Under the pieces are notes generated by a model. That model worked only from the letters and a program-made list of their open reading frames with translations. It was not told where the DNA came from and did no database searches. From positions 1 through 64,000 of the IMG/VR virus record IMGVR_UViG_2934384730_000002: DNA of 64,000 nucleotides; one strand, written 5' to 3'. Made by a program: the position numbers and the translations under genes. The DNA comes from a virus. Taxonomy: Duplodnaviria > Caudoviricetes. This document shows, piece after piece, positions 63,819-64,000 of this stretch; positions within the stretch are counted from its first letter, which is position 1, and the number at the start of each line of letters is the position of its first letter.

Positions 63819-64000
63819 GACTTCCTCCGATTCCACCCTGTGGGGGGTGCGACGTGGGGTCGGCGGTGGCTCTTCGCGGGTGTGCGACCACCCGGGCCGG
63901 TGCGGGGTGTTCGTGCGGGCGGTTAGTGGCCGGTCCGCGCGAACGCTGGATCCCCGTGGGCTTTCGAGGAGCCTCGGTGCGCTCTAAGGTGTACTAAGGC

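Larger units (their letters stand above)
4385..64000 (-). mobile_element. Siphovirus prophage/phage of a Streptomyces-like host; boundaries not visible
   Basis: Terminase-portal-protease-capsid-tail-tape measure-lysis order, 7-deazaguanine cluster, early region; no integrase or att seen, left limit uncertain. Confidence 0.9.

Noticed and set aside
63919-63934. GCGGTTAGTGGCCGG as the complementary trans-activator RNA
   Set aside because: Needs several indels to match; likely chance in GC-rich DNA

Overview
High-GC window, almost entirely a Streptomyces-type siphovirus prophage or phage, mostly on the minus strand. From right to left it carries: a plasmid/AICE-like membrane-protein cluster, an early region with operator-bearing promoters and a double-HTH repressor, and a 7-deazaguanine DNA-modification cluster (ParB-like, two tandem DpdA, QueC, QueD, QueE, FolE). 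Next come terminase, an accessory island, portal, a MuF/2H/protease fusion with a nested HNH gene, two capsid proteins, repeat-rich fibres, the tail module (including a Stealth-family enzyme) and lysis genes. An XRE/HAD accessory cassette lies at the left end. Gene order resembles mycobacteriophage cluster B2 (Rosebush-like). No integrase, att site or replication genes are visible. The most striking unexplained signal is an 18-nt motif (sense GCTGGTTNTGGGCCGRGY) in 9 copies in 8 late-gene leaders. It lies downstream of a bare TANNNT -10 box and forms the 5' arm of a hairpin hiding the RBS/start codon, which suggests a shared trans-activated translational switch for virion genes. All product calls rest on motif recognition and synteny, not database searches.
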